Shown here one piece after another: positions 51,483 to 63,701 of a DNA stretch of 64,000 bases. Made by a program: the position numbers and the translations under genes. Source of the stretch: Callorhinchus milii (Eukaryota). Location: assembly GCF_018977255.1 (NCBI RefSeq), contig NW_024704742.1, positions 129,148,001 to 129,212,000 on the forward strand. The letters run 5' to 3'. How positions within the stretch are numbered: position 1 is the stretch's first letter; the number at the start of each line of letters is the position of its first letter. The notes beneath the pieces are model-generated. The model had not been told where the DNA came from, did not search any database, and worked only from the letters and a program-made list of their open reading frames with translations.

Positions 51483-53085
51483 ACAACAACAATAATAACA
51501 ACTACAACTTCCACTTATATAGTGCTCTCCACTCAGGGTAGCATCTTAGAGAGCTTAACAGTGGTGGAGCCTGACTCCTAGCTAGGGAAGGGGGTGGGGG
51601 GGGAGGGGGAGATGGCCATAAGCATGGTCAGAAAGAAAGGTTTTCAGGCGGGACTTGAAAAAGGGGAGTGAAGGACCAAGGCGGAGGGATTGAGGGAAAA
51701 TGTTCCAGAATTTCAGGGCATAGTGGCTGAAAGCGCATTTGGGGAGTGAGGATGTCGGAGAGGTAGGGAAGTGCTGGAGAGTGAAGGGATTTGAACATGA
51801 GAGTGAAGATTTTGAAGTCAATCCGTTCGGTGATGGGGAGTCCAGTGAAGCCTGGCCAGAACTGGTGAGATGTGGGTACAGAGTTTGGTCCGGATAAGTA
51901 TTTGGGCAGAAGAGTTCTGAATGAGCTGGATCTTTTGAATAGTGGAGCTGGGGAGACCAGCGAGGAGTGCGTTTGAATAATCCAAGCGGCAGGTAACAAA
52001 CACATGCACAAGGGTTTCTCCTGCATTTGGGGTAAGATATGGTCGGAGACAGGCAATGTGGAGGAGGTGGAAGAAGACAACAACAACAACAACAACAAGA
52101 TTCCATTTATAAAGCGCCTTTCACATCAGGAGGACATCCCAAGGCGCTGCACAGTTGGGTCATGACCCGAGCAGGGGGGAAATGGTCAGGGTGAGGGGAG
52201 GGAATGGAGGGAGCGAGGAGGGGGGAAATGGTCAGGGTGAGGGGAGGGAAGGGAGGGAGCAAGGAGGGGGGAAATGGTCAGGGTGAGGGGAGGGAAGGGA
52301 GGGAGCGAGGAGGGGGAAGAGAGTCGAGAGGGGAGCTGAAGGCACGGTCAAAGAGAATGGTCAAAGACGGTCAAAGACAGTCCTGGTCAGGGACCGGATG
52401 TGGAGGAGGAAGGAAGGATAGTTAGGGGTCGAAGCTTGAGTGCGCACTGGTTTGGTGAGTCTCAGGGAGAGCCCAGGGAGGTTGAGGAGTTCAGATCCAC
52501 AGGATTGAAGATGTTGATGGGAGCCAAGGAGTATGGCTTCTGTCTTGTCCATATTCAGCTGCAGGAAGTTTACACTCATCCAGGCCTTGATGTCTGCCAG
52601 ACAAGCTGATAGAACCTGGAGTTGGCACTGGAGGAGGCAAAGTAGATTTGTGTGTCATCCGCCTACATGTGGAAGTTTATCTCGTGTCTGCGGATAACTT
52701 CGCTCAGAGGGAGCATATGGATAAGGAAAAGAAGAGGGCCAAGGATGGAGCCCTGGGGTATCCCACAGAGGGGGGGTGGGAGGAGAAACCATTTTCTGAG
52801 ATGAAATGAAGGAAGATGTGTCAAACTCGGCAGAGAGATCCAGGAGATCGAGGGAGCCCTGGTCACAGATAGAGAGGACATCGTTTGCGACTTTGACAAA
52901 CGCTGTCTCTGTGCTGTGGGCAGGGCGAAAACCAGACTGCAGGGGCTCGAAGAGGGAGTGGAGGGAGAGGTGTGACCGAAGTTGTCCTGCAACAGTGCAT
53001 TCCAGGACTTTGGCAAGGAACGGTAGGTTAGAAATGGGAGAGATTAGAGGAATCAAGGGTGTTTTTTGGGGGTGGGGTGTGATAA
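51483..53085 (-). mobile_element. L2 (beta) with a nested L2-alpha 3' end (52080-52374)
   Basis: ORFs read [44 protein letters not shown] and MSVNFLQLNMDKTEAI. The nested piece is flanked by aagaca on both sides. Confidence 0.95.
52165..52316. repeat. 46-bp G-rich tandem repeat, ~3.3 copies, in the L2 3' UTR
   Basis: gagc at 52211, 52257 and 52303. Unit ...gggggaaatggtcagggtgaggggagggaagggagg. Confidence 0.9.
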
Positions 53086-54385
53086 CATTGTTTCACAAAT
53101 TCACTGACAGTGACTATTTTTTTCATTCGCAGAGAATTTCTCCCTCCCTCCCCAGCCCTCCAAAATTTCTAGGTGGGCTTATGACTTGCATGCCATTGCA
53201 GTCAGATAAAGTAATCACAGGTTGGAACTTGTGGAAAATAAACATTTGCATTGAGATAAAGTACAGGGTGCATTGCTTTTTTCCTGACCTACTTCACAGT
53301 TAACTTAAGCGTCCATCGCGCATAAAATGTCAAAAACGTTCCATTCTCCATATTTGAGTATAACAATTGTCATCAGAAAAACATATATAAAAAATAAATT
53401 AAAATTGTGCTTCAGATGAAGACGCATTCACCATTTACCACATACACTTTCTGCTGTTAATTTCTATATTACTCAACTTTTCATTAAGACAGGGCATTCA
53501 ATTCAAGTTGCATGCATTGTGCAGTTCAGAGTGAGGTAACATTTTTTAAGCTGTACGTGGGGGGAAGTAGTTCTCAAATTATTTGGCAAATTTACTGACC
53601 GTGAGTGTTTCTTTTTAATTTGCAGAAAATTTCTCGCTCCCTTCCTCCTTCCCTTCCTCCCTCCCTCCCTCCCTCCCTCCTTCTCCAACCCTCCAAAATC
53701 TCCTTTGAGATTTCTCAGCATCCTAGTCCTTATTACAACCTGCTTCAGGTCTGATGTGTCACAAAAATCTGTCACTGCACTTAAATTGGGCTGAATAAAT
53801 GTGACCTGCAGCGTTCACATTGGATCTGAATTGGGACGCTTTTAGGGAATGAAACTAAACGGATCCAATTTGGTCCAACTCAGATTTTCAAACAACCGAG
53901 ACAAGGGAGTCTTATCTTCTCACTGACACCCGAGAAATTGGATTCTTGTGGACGGCATTTTTTGGATCCGCATCCACTGGAAACACTTGTTATTTCAATT
54001 CCCCTGAAATTCCGCTGTCTGAACTGTCGGCAGATGTTGCTGAGACCAGTATGAAGTGTGGCAGCAAGCTATAACCTCAGCTGGAAATTGACCTTCCAGC
54101 ACTGCCATAAATCTCTGGATCACCCAGCATCTTTATGGATCAGAGTGAAGACCAGTGCAACAGAGCAGAGTGGAGCACAGCCCTTGTTGATGTACCAGTC
54201 AAACAAAGGACAAAGTCAAACTGAATCATAGTTACACAGCATTCAAATCCGCAACCCAATGAACTCTAGCTGGTTTCAGCAGTGGTAACAATAAATAGCT
54301 ACTAGGAACTTAGGCTTATGCTAGTGTTAGTGGAAAATAGCTATGACGTACTAATTTCCCATTTCAAGGTAAAGTTATAATAGAT

Positions 54386-54716
54386 CCTGTAGAGTATTGG
54401 TTAGAACATTCATATCGCAAGCAAGAGGACCCGGGTTCAATTCCCGGCCAGGGCTAAACCTGTGGCAATTTTCCTTACTCCCCACTCCTCTGTTTACTAG
54501 CAGTAAGTAGGGACCTGGTTGTTAGTCAATTGACAGATCCCTTTCTGGGGATAATAATCCTTTAAAAAAATTAATAATAATTTGGCCACTTATCCAGTAT
54601 ATTCTATGAAGTGCTTTGAGACATCTCAGCAATGTGATAAGGCTCTATAATAATAATAATCCTTGCATTTGATATAGCGCTTTTCACGTCGGGAGGACAA
54701 GGATTATTATTATTAT
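54386..54716 (+). mobile_element. SINE family A (internally deleted) with an inverted SINE tail inserted in its own tail
   Basis: Head at 54386. Minus-strand tail fragment at ~54647-54698. Confidence 0.8.
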
Positions 54717-54899
54717 AAATACAATATGATAAAATTTACATTTGTATAACAACTTTCACATCCCAAGGCAGTTAACAATCCTGGTTAGGCAAAAATATTA
54801 GTAAGTATTTTAATAAGTATTCGTCAAAACTGACCAAGAAGTTGCAGCCCCAAAGTGATTGTTGCATTGTGGTGCACAAAAGACATTTGCTGAAATTTG

Positions 54900-55180
54900 T
54901 GTCTGGAGTGAAAGCTCTCAGGATAAATGAGGGAGAAGTAGATTGGATGATCCACTTGCTAAATATTGAATGTATAATAAGAAAACAGCATAGTGATGAA
55001 TGGCGCTAGTTCCAATCAGCAGTGTAACCTGGAGATCAGTCCTGGGACCTCTGCTGCTCACAAGCACTGTAAATCATCTTGATAAATTATTGTAAGCAGA
55101 ATTTTTGCAGACGGTGCCAAGTTGCTAGGAAAGCAGGAAATTCAGAGGAAGAGTATAATATTCAAAGATTTCTTCAAGTT
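54900..55180 (+). mobile_element. Decayed CR1 RT fragment; further CR1 pieces at ~56190-56600
   Basis: SVLGPLLL..VNHLD..FADGAKLLG resembles CR1 SVLGPLLF..INDLD..FADDTKLG. Confidence 0.65.
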
Positions 55181-55645
55181 ATAATAATAATAATAATAGT
55201 CCTAGCATTTGATGTAGCCCCTTAGCACGTCATTGAGATGTCTCAAAGGACTTCACAGGATATACTGTAAAGTGGCGTGACTGTGTGCTTTGTGGGTGAA
55301 CACGGCAGCGAATTTGCTCACCGCAATGTTCCACAAACAGCTATGGTGCAAGTGAACAATTTTTTCCGGGGGATTGTTGGCCAGGACTCCATTCGCTTTT
55401 CGAATAGCACCATAAGATCTTTAACAACCACCTGGACAAGCAGACAGGACCTCAGCTTAACTTTTTATTTGAAAGCAGCACCTCTGACAATCTAACACAC
55501 CCCACCACACCCCACCCCCTCCCACCCCCACCCGGTCCACAGCACTACACTCAAGCGTCAGCCATTTGGGTTCCAAGTAGTAGGGCTTCAACCCCCAACC
55601 TTCTGACTCAGAGGCAAGAGTGCTACACTGAACCGGGCTGACACA
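55181..55645 (-). mobile_element. Deu-domain SINE (family B), full length
   Basis: Tail, 3' module, Deu core and head are all present. Confidence 0.8.
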
Positions 55646-56741
55646 TAATATAAGAAAATCCTCAAAAAAATCCTCGTAGTTAATGTTAAGAAACAAAAAT
55701 AATGCTTTTTGTGGTTAGGTTTGTGTTGCTAGATTAGGACAGTCTGAAAATAATGCTGAACTTTTGAGTGCTGAATGATTGAAGTAGTTAGTTCCATGGT
55801 ACCGGGTTGCACCAGTTTAGAATCAATGGTCTCTTCCTATATTGTAATTTCTATGAGATGGAAACTGCAACAGCAACTTGCTTTTATGTAGCACCCTTCA
55901 AGTAGGATAATGTCTCGGAGTGTTTCACAAAAACGGAGTCGGATCCCGAGCAAGGCGTAGTGTGAAGGGGGTGTTGGCCATACGTATGGACAGATGGAGA
56001 GGAAGGGTGATATGGAGGGTAAAGGGAGGGATTTCAGTGATTAGGGGCATAGTTGCTGAAGGCTCGGCCACCAATGCTGGCACAGAGAGGTGTGGAGGTA
56101 CCAGTCCTGCTTATAACATGTGAATTAACAGAAGTTTGAAAAAGAAGTAAAAGTGTTTTATTGGAAGTTATGTTTCTAGTATTTAGGTTAATAATTTAAG
56201 GATAACATTGCAATAACAGAGAGAGTCTTAATGTCATTTCTGAAACATTGGTGCTTCTTACAGTGTTACAAATGTGCGGGGACTCAAGCCTAACCAAACA
56301 AGTCAGCTCAAAGAGACAGGAATATCTCAGGTTCTACAGATGTCTGAGTACTAATGTGGGATCATAAACACAATTATGATGGAAACTGATAAAATGAATG
56401 GAGAGAGTACAAGAGGAGAATAAGTGAGCTGGATACATGCTTGTGATTTACAAGAACCCAAATCTTAATTTAAAGCAAATATAAGGAATATATTCTGCAT
56501 GCTTAGAATCAAGTTATGGAATACACTGCCACCTAGTGTGACAAATACTGATTCCGCTGTTGAGTAAAGAGTGGGATTTATCAGTTCCAAGAGAACTAGG
56601 GAGATAATAATAATAATCATAATAATCATAATCTTAGTATTTGATATAGCACCTTATCATGTCTTCGAGAAATCTCAATATGCTTCACCTAATATACGGT
56701 AAAGTAAATTGACTGCATATTTTGTGGGCAATAAAAGACTT

Positions 56742-57070
56742 ATAATAATAATAATAATAATAATCCTTGCATTTGATATAGCGCTTTTCACGTCGGGAGG
56801 ACGTCCCAAAGCGCTTCACACAACACACTGTAAAGTGAATTGACCGTATATTTGTGGGCGAACGCGGCAGCCAATTGCGCACAGCAATGTCCCACAAACA
56901 GTCATGGATTCAAAATGACCAATTTATTATTGTTTGGTTTTTTTTTTGGAGGGATTATTATTGGGCGTATGGAGTAAGGAAGCTTGCCCAAGGTTTCGCG
57001 CTGCCGGGAATCGAACCCAGATCTCTCACTTGCAAAGCGAGTGCTCTAACCACTGAGCTACAGGACTCCA
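56742..57070 (-). mobile_element. Young SINE family A short copy with L2-alpha-type tail
   Basis: CpG-rich with intact A/B boxes. Tail gggacgtcctcccgacgtgaaaagcgctatatc. Confidence 0.9.
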
Positions 57071-58137
57071 TGATGATGTTGGTGTAGGAAATTATTATTT
57101 TAAAAATTGCCAGAACATATTCAAAAGCAGTGCCTGATGGATGGTGCATGCTGACTGATGTTCACCTGTGGTTACTTTTCTGTGTTCTGGGACCCAAGTA
57201 CGATAGTGTGAACATTCGCCTAGAACAATAGATCAATAGAAATGTACAGTGCAGAAGAAGCCCATTTGGCCCATCGTGTCTGTGCTGGCTCTTTTAAGAG
57301 CAATCCTTTCATTCCCATTTACCTGCCTTTTCCCCCTACGCCTTGCGCATAGGCCCTTTGATCCAATGCGTTACAGTTTATGTACGCCATATACTTAAAT
57401 CACATCTTGCTTGCTTTCAAAGGCATTATTTAAAGTAAAGATTATCGCTTTAATACTTTAATTTCATTAAGAAGTATGGGGCCAATGTTTGCCCCACTTC
57501 CAAAGAAAGAAACTATTCTTAATCAATGCCGCAAAACTGACCCCGTTGTTCAAAATCCATTCATTTTACTCACAAATGCAGACCGAACACAGCTATTTAT
57601 ACTTCTTGCCAATGATTGATACTGTTCGACTGTCTGCACACAAGTACAGTGCTATGCTCACCACAATGAGAACAACAACAAGTTGCATTTGTTCAGCGCT
57701 CTTCGCACGTATAGTGTCTCAGAGAATTCTCAACGATAATAACATAAATCTGCCCTTGGGGAAAGGTTATCAACATAAATTTGGAAATGAAGTGGAATTG
57801 GTAGATATGAAGTAATCTGAGCCCATGGATTGGGTTTAAGTCTCGTTTTTTAGTTAGTGAGCGTCAAACTCATTCATAATAAACCTTTATAGTAGATTAT
57901 CTGTACAAGTTGCAGCAATGCTTGCAACCAAAGGATCCCATATGGAATGTAGATTGACACATGGACAGACACATAGACAGATAATTCATCTTTTCCTATA
58001 TTCATCTGGGAGGACTCCTGTGGGAGGACTCATTTTGGCTGTGCTGTTCTTTGAGTGAGCAACTCATTGGCGAGCTGTTGCAGTCTGTTCAGCATTGAAG
58101 TGCAGCCGCGCTGTTCTTTGATCTTCAATTTCAATAA

Positions 58138-60330
58138 TAAAAACAACAACTTGCACTTATATAGTGCCCTCCGTGCAGGGTCTCAGAGCACTTAAGAGTG
58201 GCGAAGCTTGACTCACAGTGTGGATGGTCTACGTGGGGTGGAAGGGAACATTACTGTGGCCGTAAAAACGGTCGAACAGGAAAGTCTTCAGGCGGGACTT
58301 GAAAGGGGGGAGAGAGAGGGCAAAGGTGAGATATTGAGGGAGAGTGTTCCAGAGTTTTGGGGTATTGTGGCTGAAAGCACGACCTCTGATGGTGGGGCGA
58401 AGGGTGCGAGGGATGAGCAGGAGGACGGTGCTTATTGAGCGGAGGTGCTGGGTGGTGTATTGTGGAGTGAGGATGTTGGAGAGGTAGGGAGGTGCCAGAG
58501 AGTGAATGGATTTCAACACAAGAGTGAGGATCTTGAAATCAATCCATTCAGTGATGGGGAGCCAGTGGAGCCTGGCTAGAACTGGTGAGATGTGGGTATG
58601 GAGTTTGGTCCAGGTCAGTATGTGGGTGGCAGGATTTTAAATGAGTTGGATCTTGTGAATGCTGGAGCTGGGGAGACCGGTGAGAAGTGCGTTAGAATAA
58701 TCCAAGCAGGAGGTGACAAATTCATGCACGAGGGTTTCGACTGAATTTGGGGTAAGGTACGGTTGGAGGTAGGCAATGTGGTGGAGATGGAAAGCAATCC
58801 TGGTGAGGGACCGGATGTGGGGAAAGAAGAACCGCAAGCACTGGTTCAATGAATCTGAGAGAGAGCCCAGGGAAGTTGAGGAGTTTAGATCCACAGGAGT
58901 GAAGACGTTGATGGAAGCAAAGGAGTATGGCGTCCGTCTTGCCCATATTCAGCTGTAGGAAGTTTTCACTCATCCAGGCCTTGATGTCTGCCAGACAAGC
59001 TGATAGAACATCGGTGGCCTGGAGTTGGTACTGGAGGAGGCAAAGTAGATTTTTGTGGCATCAGCATACATGTAGAAGTTTACCCCGTGTCTGCAGATGA
59101 CATTGCCCAGAGGGAGCATATAGATAAGGAAAAGAAGAGGACCAAGGATACAGCCCGCAGGTGACCGGGTGGTGGTGGAAGGAGAAAGCATTTGCTGAAA
59201 TGAAATGGAGGTGGTTGGTTAAGTAGGATTCGAACCCTGCGAGTGTGGTTCCACTAAGGTAGATGAGGGAGGAGAGTAATGGAAGAGGATGGTGTGGTGC
59301 ATGTGTGATGATAACAGTGTTTAGGGGGAGTGGATCAGAGCCTGAGGAGAGAGACTGGTTGACTGTGTTGGCCAGCAGGGGGATGAGAAGGGGTAGTTGA
59401 GTGACCAGCAGCTGGGTGGGGAGGGGTTTGAGGCAGGTGGTGAACTTCATCTGGGTGATTGTGGTTGAGAGGGAGGAGGGAGAAATGGGGGCAAAGGAGT
59501 GTAAAGGCAGTGGTAGGAGCCATGATGGAGGGAGAAGGCAGTGTGGATGGTCTGGAAGGGGACAGAGTGGGAGAATGATGCAACCAAGCAGATGTTTTCA
59601 ATTTTTGAGGCAAAGAAGTCTAGGACCTCTTCACACTTGGCGTTTGATGTGAGGATAGCGGAGGCTTGAGCGGGTGCGCTGAGGAGGTTATGGATGGTGG
59701 AAAACAGCATCTTTGGATTGTTGTTTGTCTTCCGGATGACTTTGGAGTAAAAGTCAGTTTTAGCCTGTGAAAGGGAAAGGCGGTAGGTGCGCAGGTGCTG
59801 AGCCACAGATGGTGGTGAATCATGAGGCCAGATTTCTGCCATTTGTGCTCAAGCATCCGGGTTTGTGTTTTGAGTGAGCGGAGATGACTGTTGGATTTCA
59901 GGGAAGCCAGGGAATTGAAGGTTGTGGTGAGACTGTCATTCAGCAGCTTGATGGCTGCATCAGGATTGTTTCAGGTGGAGGGCCAGAGAAAGAGGAGGTC
60001 CGAGGAAGAGAAGGCATTTGTGAGGAAATAAAGGGGAAATAAGGTTTCTGTAAGCCCAAGAATATCAATGTGCTCATCCAGGATGAGGTTATGGATAATA
60101 AGGGTTTTGTTGGAGAGGGAGCGGACATTTTGGAGGAAAATGCAGATAGGTTTGCTGGTGGGGGGTGGTGATGGGGAAAGTGATATATAGAGGATTTGTG
60201 GTCGTGGGGGAGAAACTCCCTGGAGTTTGAGAAGCAGGCAGTGTTGGGGAGGGTATAGATGAGGGTGGGAGAAGGGGTGTTTGCCTTTCGGAGGTGGTTG
60301 CTGTGGAGAGAGTGAGCAAATTTCATTTAA
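58138..60330 (-). mobile_element. L2 (beta) spanning the ORF2 endonuclease start to the 3' end, with internal deletions
   Basis: Endonuclease N-terminus LQNVRSLSNKTLIIHNLILDEHIDILGLTET (~60045-60145). RT motifs [28 protein letters not shown]. Confidence 0.95.
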
Positions 60331-60834
60331 TGGGCCTTCTCTTTTGTTGAGGATTTTTGCTTATCCTTGAAAGCTTTGATTTTCACTTAAGCATCCTTAT
60401 ATTAATAAATATAAATGTATAAGTTATAATCATTGGGACGTACGCCTGATGTGAAAAGCACTACAAAAATGCAATTTTGCTGTTGTTGCCGCGGCTTAGC
60501 TTCGTCTGTGCTCTTCATTTTGTTCCCACCGCCACTTGGCTATGTGCATGTCTGTAAAGCAGGATACCACTGTGCCACAGTCAGCTGACATAGCCACCGG
60601 GTGTAACCTCAGCAAAAAATGCAAAGCTGACATACATTTAATGTATTTAAAAAAACACTCATGAACGATAGGAGAAACCCGAAAACAAATGTACTCATAT
60701 CTGTCCCACAAGCAAGATCTTTCTGATGAGGTATAAATCATGTCTCTATTGCAATCGATTATTGAGATCCTTCTTGAAGCGCAGACAGACAGACAGACAG
60801 ACATTGTTGTTTTATTAGTATAGAAGATAGATTA

Positions 60835-61195
60835 CAGGAATGAGCAAAGACTAGACAAGCTAGGGCTCTTCAGTCTTGATGCCTCATAGAGGTGTATAAA
60901 AGTTTTAATGGGATTGAAAAAAGGAAACCCAGATCAATACTTTGGAATGTATTAAGACAGTACTACAAGATGACGTAGGTTTAAGGTTATAAAGGGCAAG
61001 GGCAATTTCAGGACAGACATCAGGTGTTTCATTTCGGGGAGGGTAATTAACAACTGGAATAGATTCCCAGGAACGGTGGTAGAAGCCAGGACATTTAAAA
61101 AGCAGCTTGATGCAGTGATGGCAGGATAGTAAGGCAAGTATTCTGGAGGGATGACAGAGGATGGGCTGAAGGGCCTTCTTCATCCAGACCAATCT
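60835..61195 (+). mobile_element. CR1 3' fragment
   Basis: RLDKLGLFSL..LIEVYK, tggaatagattccc and the gatgggctgaagggcctt terminal hairpin. Confidence 0.85.
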
Positions 61196-61239
61196 TGTGA
61201 TATTGTGAACAAGATAGATAAGATAGAGGTGAGTTTCAG

Positions 61240-62600
61240 ACAGAGACGAGATTTATTCATAATTTCACAGTGTTATCCCCGTCTCCCTCCATTCAAGTAC
61301 TATAGAAATTAGCAATCTGAGTTTGCTTTGCTTTGCAAAGAGCGTGCACTGTGGAAACAGCACTCTAAGTTGCTGTGGAGAATTATTACTGCAGAGCAGG
61401 ATAAGGCTGGTGAAACATGTTCACTGCTAAGCCTTCAGAACGTTTCAGATTGCTGGCAAAACTCTGCAGGAACTGTGCTGGATTCCCTAAAGTGGAACAA
61501 CTTCATTAAATAAGCACAAGGCACCCACAGATCTAAACACCGTCGCTTCTGCCAATCTCAGCAAAAAAAACTTACGGGCTGGAGGACAGGGAGCAGAAAG
61601 CAAAGCCTCACAAACGTAAGAAGCATTAAGTTTTTTGTTTCTTTTGCGGGGGGTGGGGAGTGCAGGGTGGTGGGGTGGGGGGTGAAGTTAGGGAAACAAA
61701 ATTCTTTAAGAGAAGTAAATAGTTTTATTGGCTTGAATCATTTTGTAACTTATTCCCAATGAAACTCTACCTGTAGAATCTTTTCGGTTATAGTGGTGTG
61801 TCCTTAACCAGCCCCATGTCTGGAACAAGTCCTGTCTCCCTCTGGCACACAACACACAGAGCCTGGTTTATTTAATGAGGCCTGTGCAAGGGATGAAGAA
61901 TGAACACATAGAACCTCGAGAGCGTTTTGAGCTGGGACACTGTTGGCAATCGAGGCTCGAACTAAATATTTGGAAATGGTGAGCGCAGTATCGTAACGCA
62001 GAGATAAAATTGCCAAATTAGCGGTTAGTTTACGGCTTGTGATGAAACATTTTCTTTTCTGCGTTTGGTTTCGACATGCAATCCTTTTGAGAACTTTAGA
62101 CAATGTAACCGAGATCATAAACAGAATAACATGCTAAAAACATCTCGGGGATAAAGTACAAAAAAACAGAGCTTTCCTGTTCTGTTTCCAGTCTGAGTTA
62201 ACGCATTTTTCAAAGAACTGTTCTTGATATTTATTGTACGGTAAGAGGCATTTTTTTTAAAAAGCGCAAAGGATAGACATTTCACTGTGAAAATAACGTT
62301 TGATAAACAAACCGAGGGGAGAAAAAAAAACTAGCCTGTTATTAAATCAAGTTGCTGAGGCGGAGTAGTTTGTTGTATTTGTTTACTTTTAGAAATGTTA
62401 GCTGACTCCGTGGGTGTAGTTAGTATCATGAGCTTTAGTCTAAAAACAACCTGTGGTTTTTAACTCGCATTCATGTGGTTGACTGACAGCCCCAGTGCAA
62501 TAAACTGAAAATGACTTTGCAGTTCCATAACGAAAGCTGCTTTAAGGTTGTTTTTCTCCAAAAGCAGTTATTTTGGAAGCATTTCTGCATCCCCCCACCC
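61240..62600 (+). promoter_or_regulatory. Candidate promoter / 5' exon region
   Basis: Repeat-free with visibly retained CpGs, CCAAT at ~61552, and donor-like sites aac|gtaaga (61616) and ATG|gtgagc (61979). Confidence 0.4.
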
Positions 62601-62781
62601 CCAAGCTATAAGATCGAATAGGTAAATAATGTATAATATTAATAGTAATTCTTACATTTGATATAGCGCCTTATCACATAGTCGAGGCATCTCAAAGCGC
62701 TTACAGAATTTACTGTAAAGTGAATTGACTTGCCGAAAATGGCAAAATTTGTTCTGCTGTGGACGGTGAAAGATGATGGTG

Positions 62782-62945
62782 AACAACAACAACAAATTAC
62801 ATTTACACAGAGCCTTTCACATCAGAAGGACGTCCCAAGGCGCTGGATAGTCAGGGATTTGGACCCGAGGAGGGGTGGAAGGCAAGGAGGGTAGGTGTAG
62901 GAGGATGACCGACAGTGCGGTCGAAGAAGAGGGTCTTGAGTCGCT
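62782..62945 (-). mobile_element. L2 (alpha) 3' end
   Basis: aacaacaac tail followed by cctttcacatcagaaggacgtcccaaggcgc. Confidence 0.85.
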
Positions 62946-63524
62946 CAACAGGCTTTTCAGCAGGACCATGTTAAAGGACCTGATGTGGGTGCCGTCCATC
63001 TTCATTTGGAAGCTTTATGCCGGGTAAGGATTGCGCAGATTGTAAATTCAGTGTGATTTGGGATTGCCGAGTTTTTAGTGCTTATTACAAAGAATCAGCT
63101 CATAAATTTCAGACCAATCAAAGAAATTTCCACAATTCTGCGCAATCTGACATTTTACGGCAAAATTATGTTATAGGCTAAAACTGCGTGGAATTTGGGG
63201 TCTCATGGGTATCAAGCCAGAAAACAACAAAGGATTAGGGAGGAGGTCTGTAAAAGTTGGACATTCTGAAGGATCTTGTAACTGCCCTATAAATTCATTA
63301 TAGATCTTTGATCGATACAATCCTGCAATAATTGTTCCAGCTCTGTCACCATGTCCGTTAATGTTATTTTTGCATAGAATGTACAGCACAGAAACAGGCT
63401 GCTCAGCCCAACCAGTCCATGCTGGGGTTTGTACTCCACCCATTCCTTACTCCATTCCTTACTCTCTTCCTTACCCTTCTAATCCCCTCTCCCCCATTCT
63501 TGCAACAATTTCACTAATACTGAA

Positions 63525-63617
63525 GAATGAATAAATGAATAAATGAATAAATAAATGAATGAATGAATTGATTAATTGATTAATTGATTAATTGATTAAT
63601 TGATTAATTGATTAATT
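63525..63617. repeat. Compound microsatellite (AATGAATA)n-(AATG)n-(AATTGATT)6.5
   Basis: Direct reading of the sequence. Confidence 0.95.
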
Positions 63618-63701
63618 TTTGGTCAGCTGGGTATGCGTCACAAGTGGATACCCATCGCCACACTTATGAATATCCAAACCAAATACACATTGAAATGTCC
63701 T

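Noticed and set aside
57000..57070. tRNA gene at the SINE heads (also 10259, 28630, 42819)
   Set aside because: The A/B boxes continue into a SINE body and tail. There is no complete acceptor stem or oligo-T terminator.
3684..61275. Ig/TCR recombination signal sequences (several CACAGTG heptamers)
   Set aside because: None that I inspected has an ACAAAAACC-like nonamer at 12 or 23 bp, and no V or J segments are visible.
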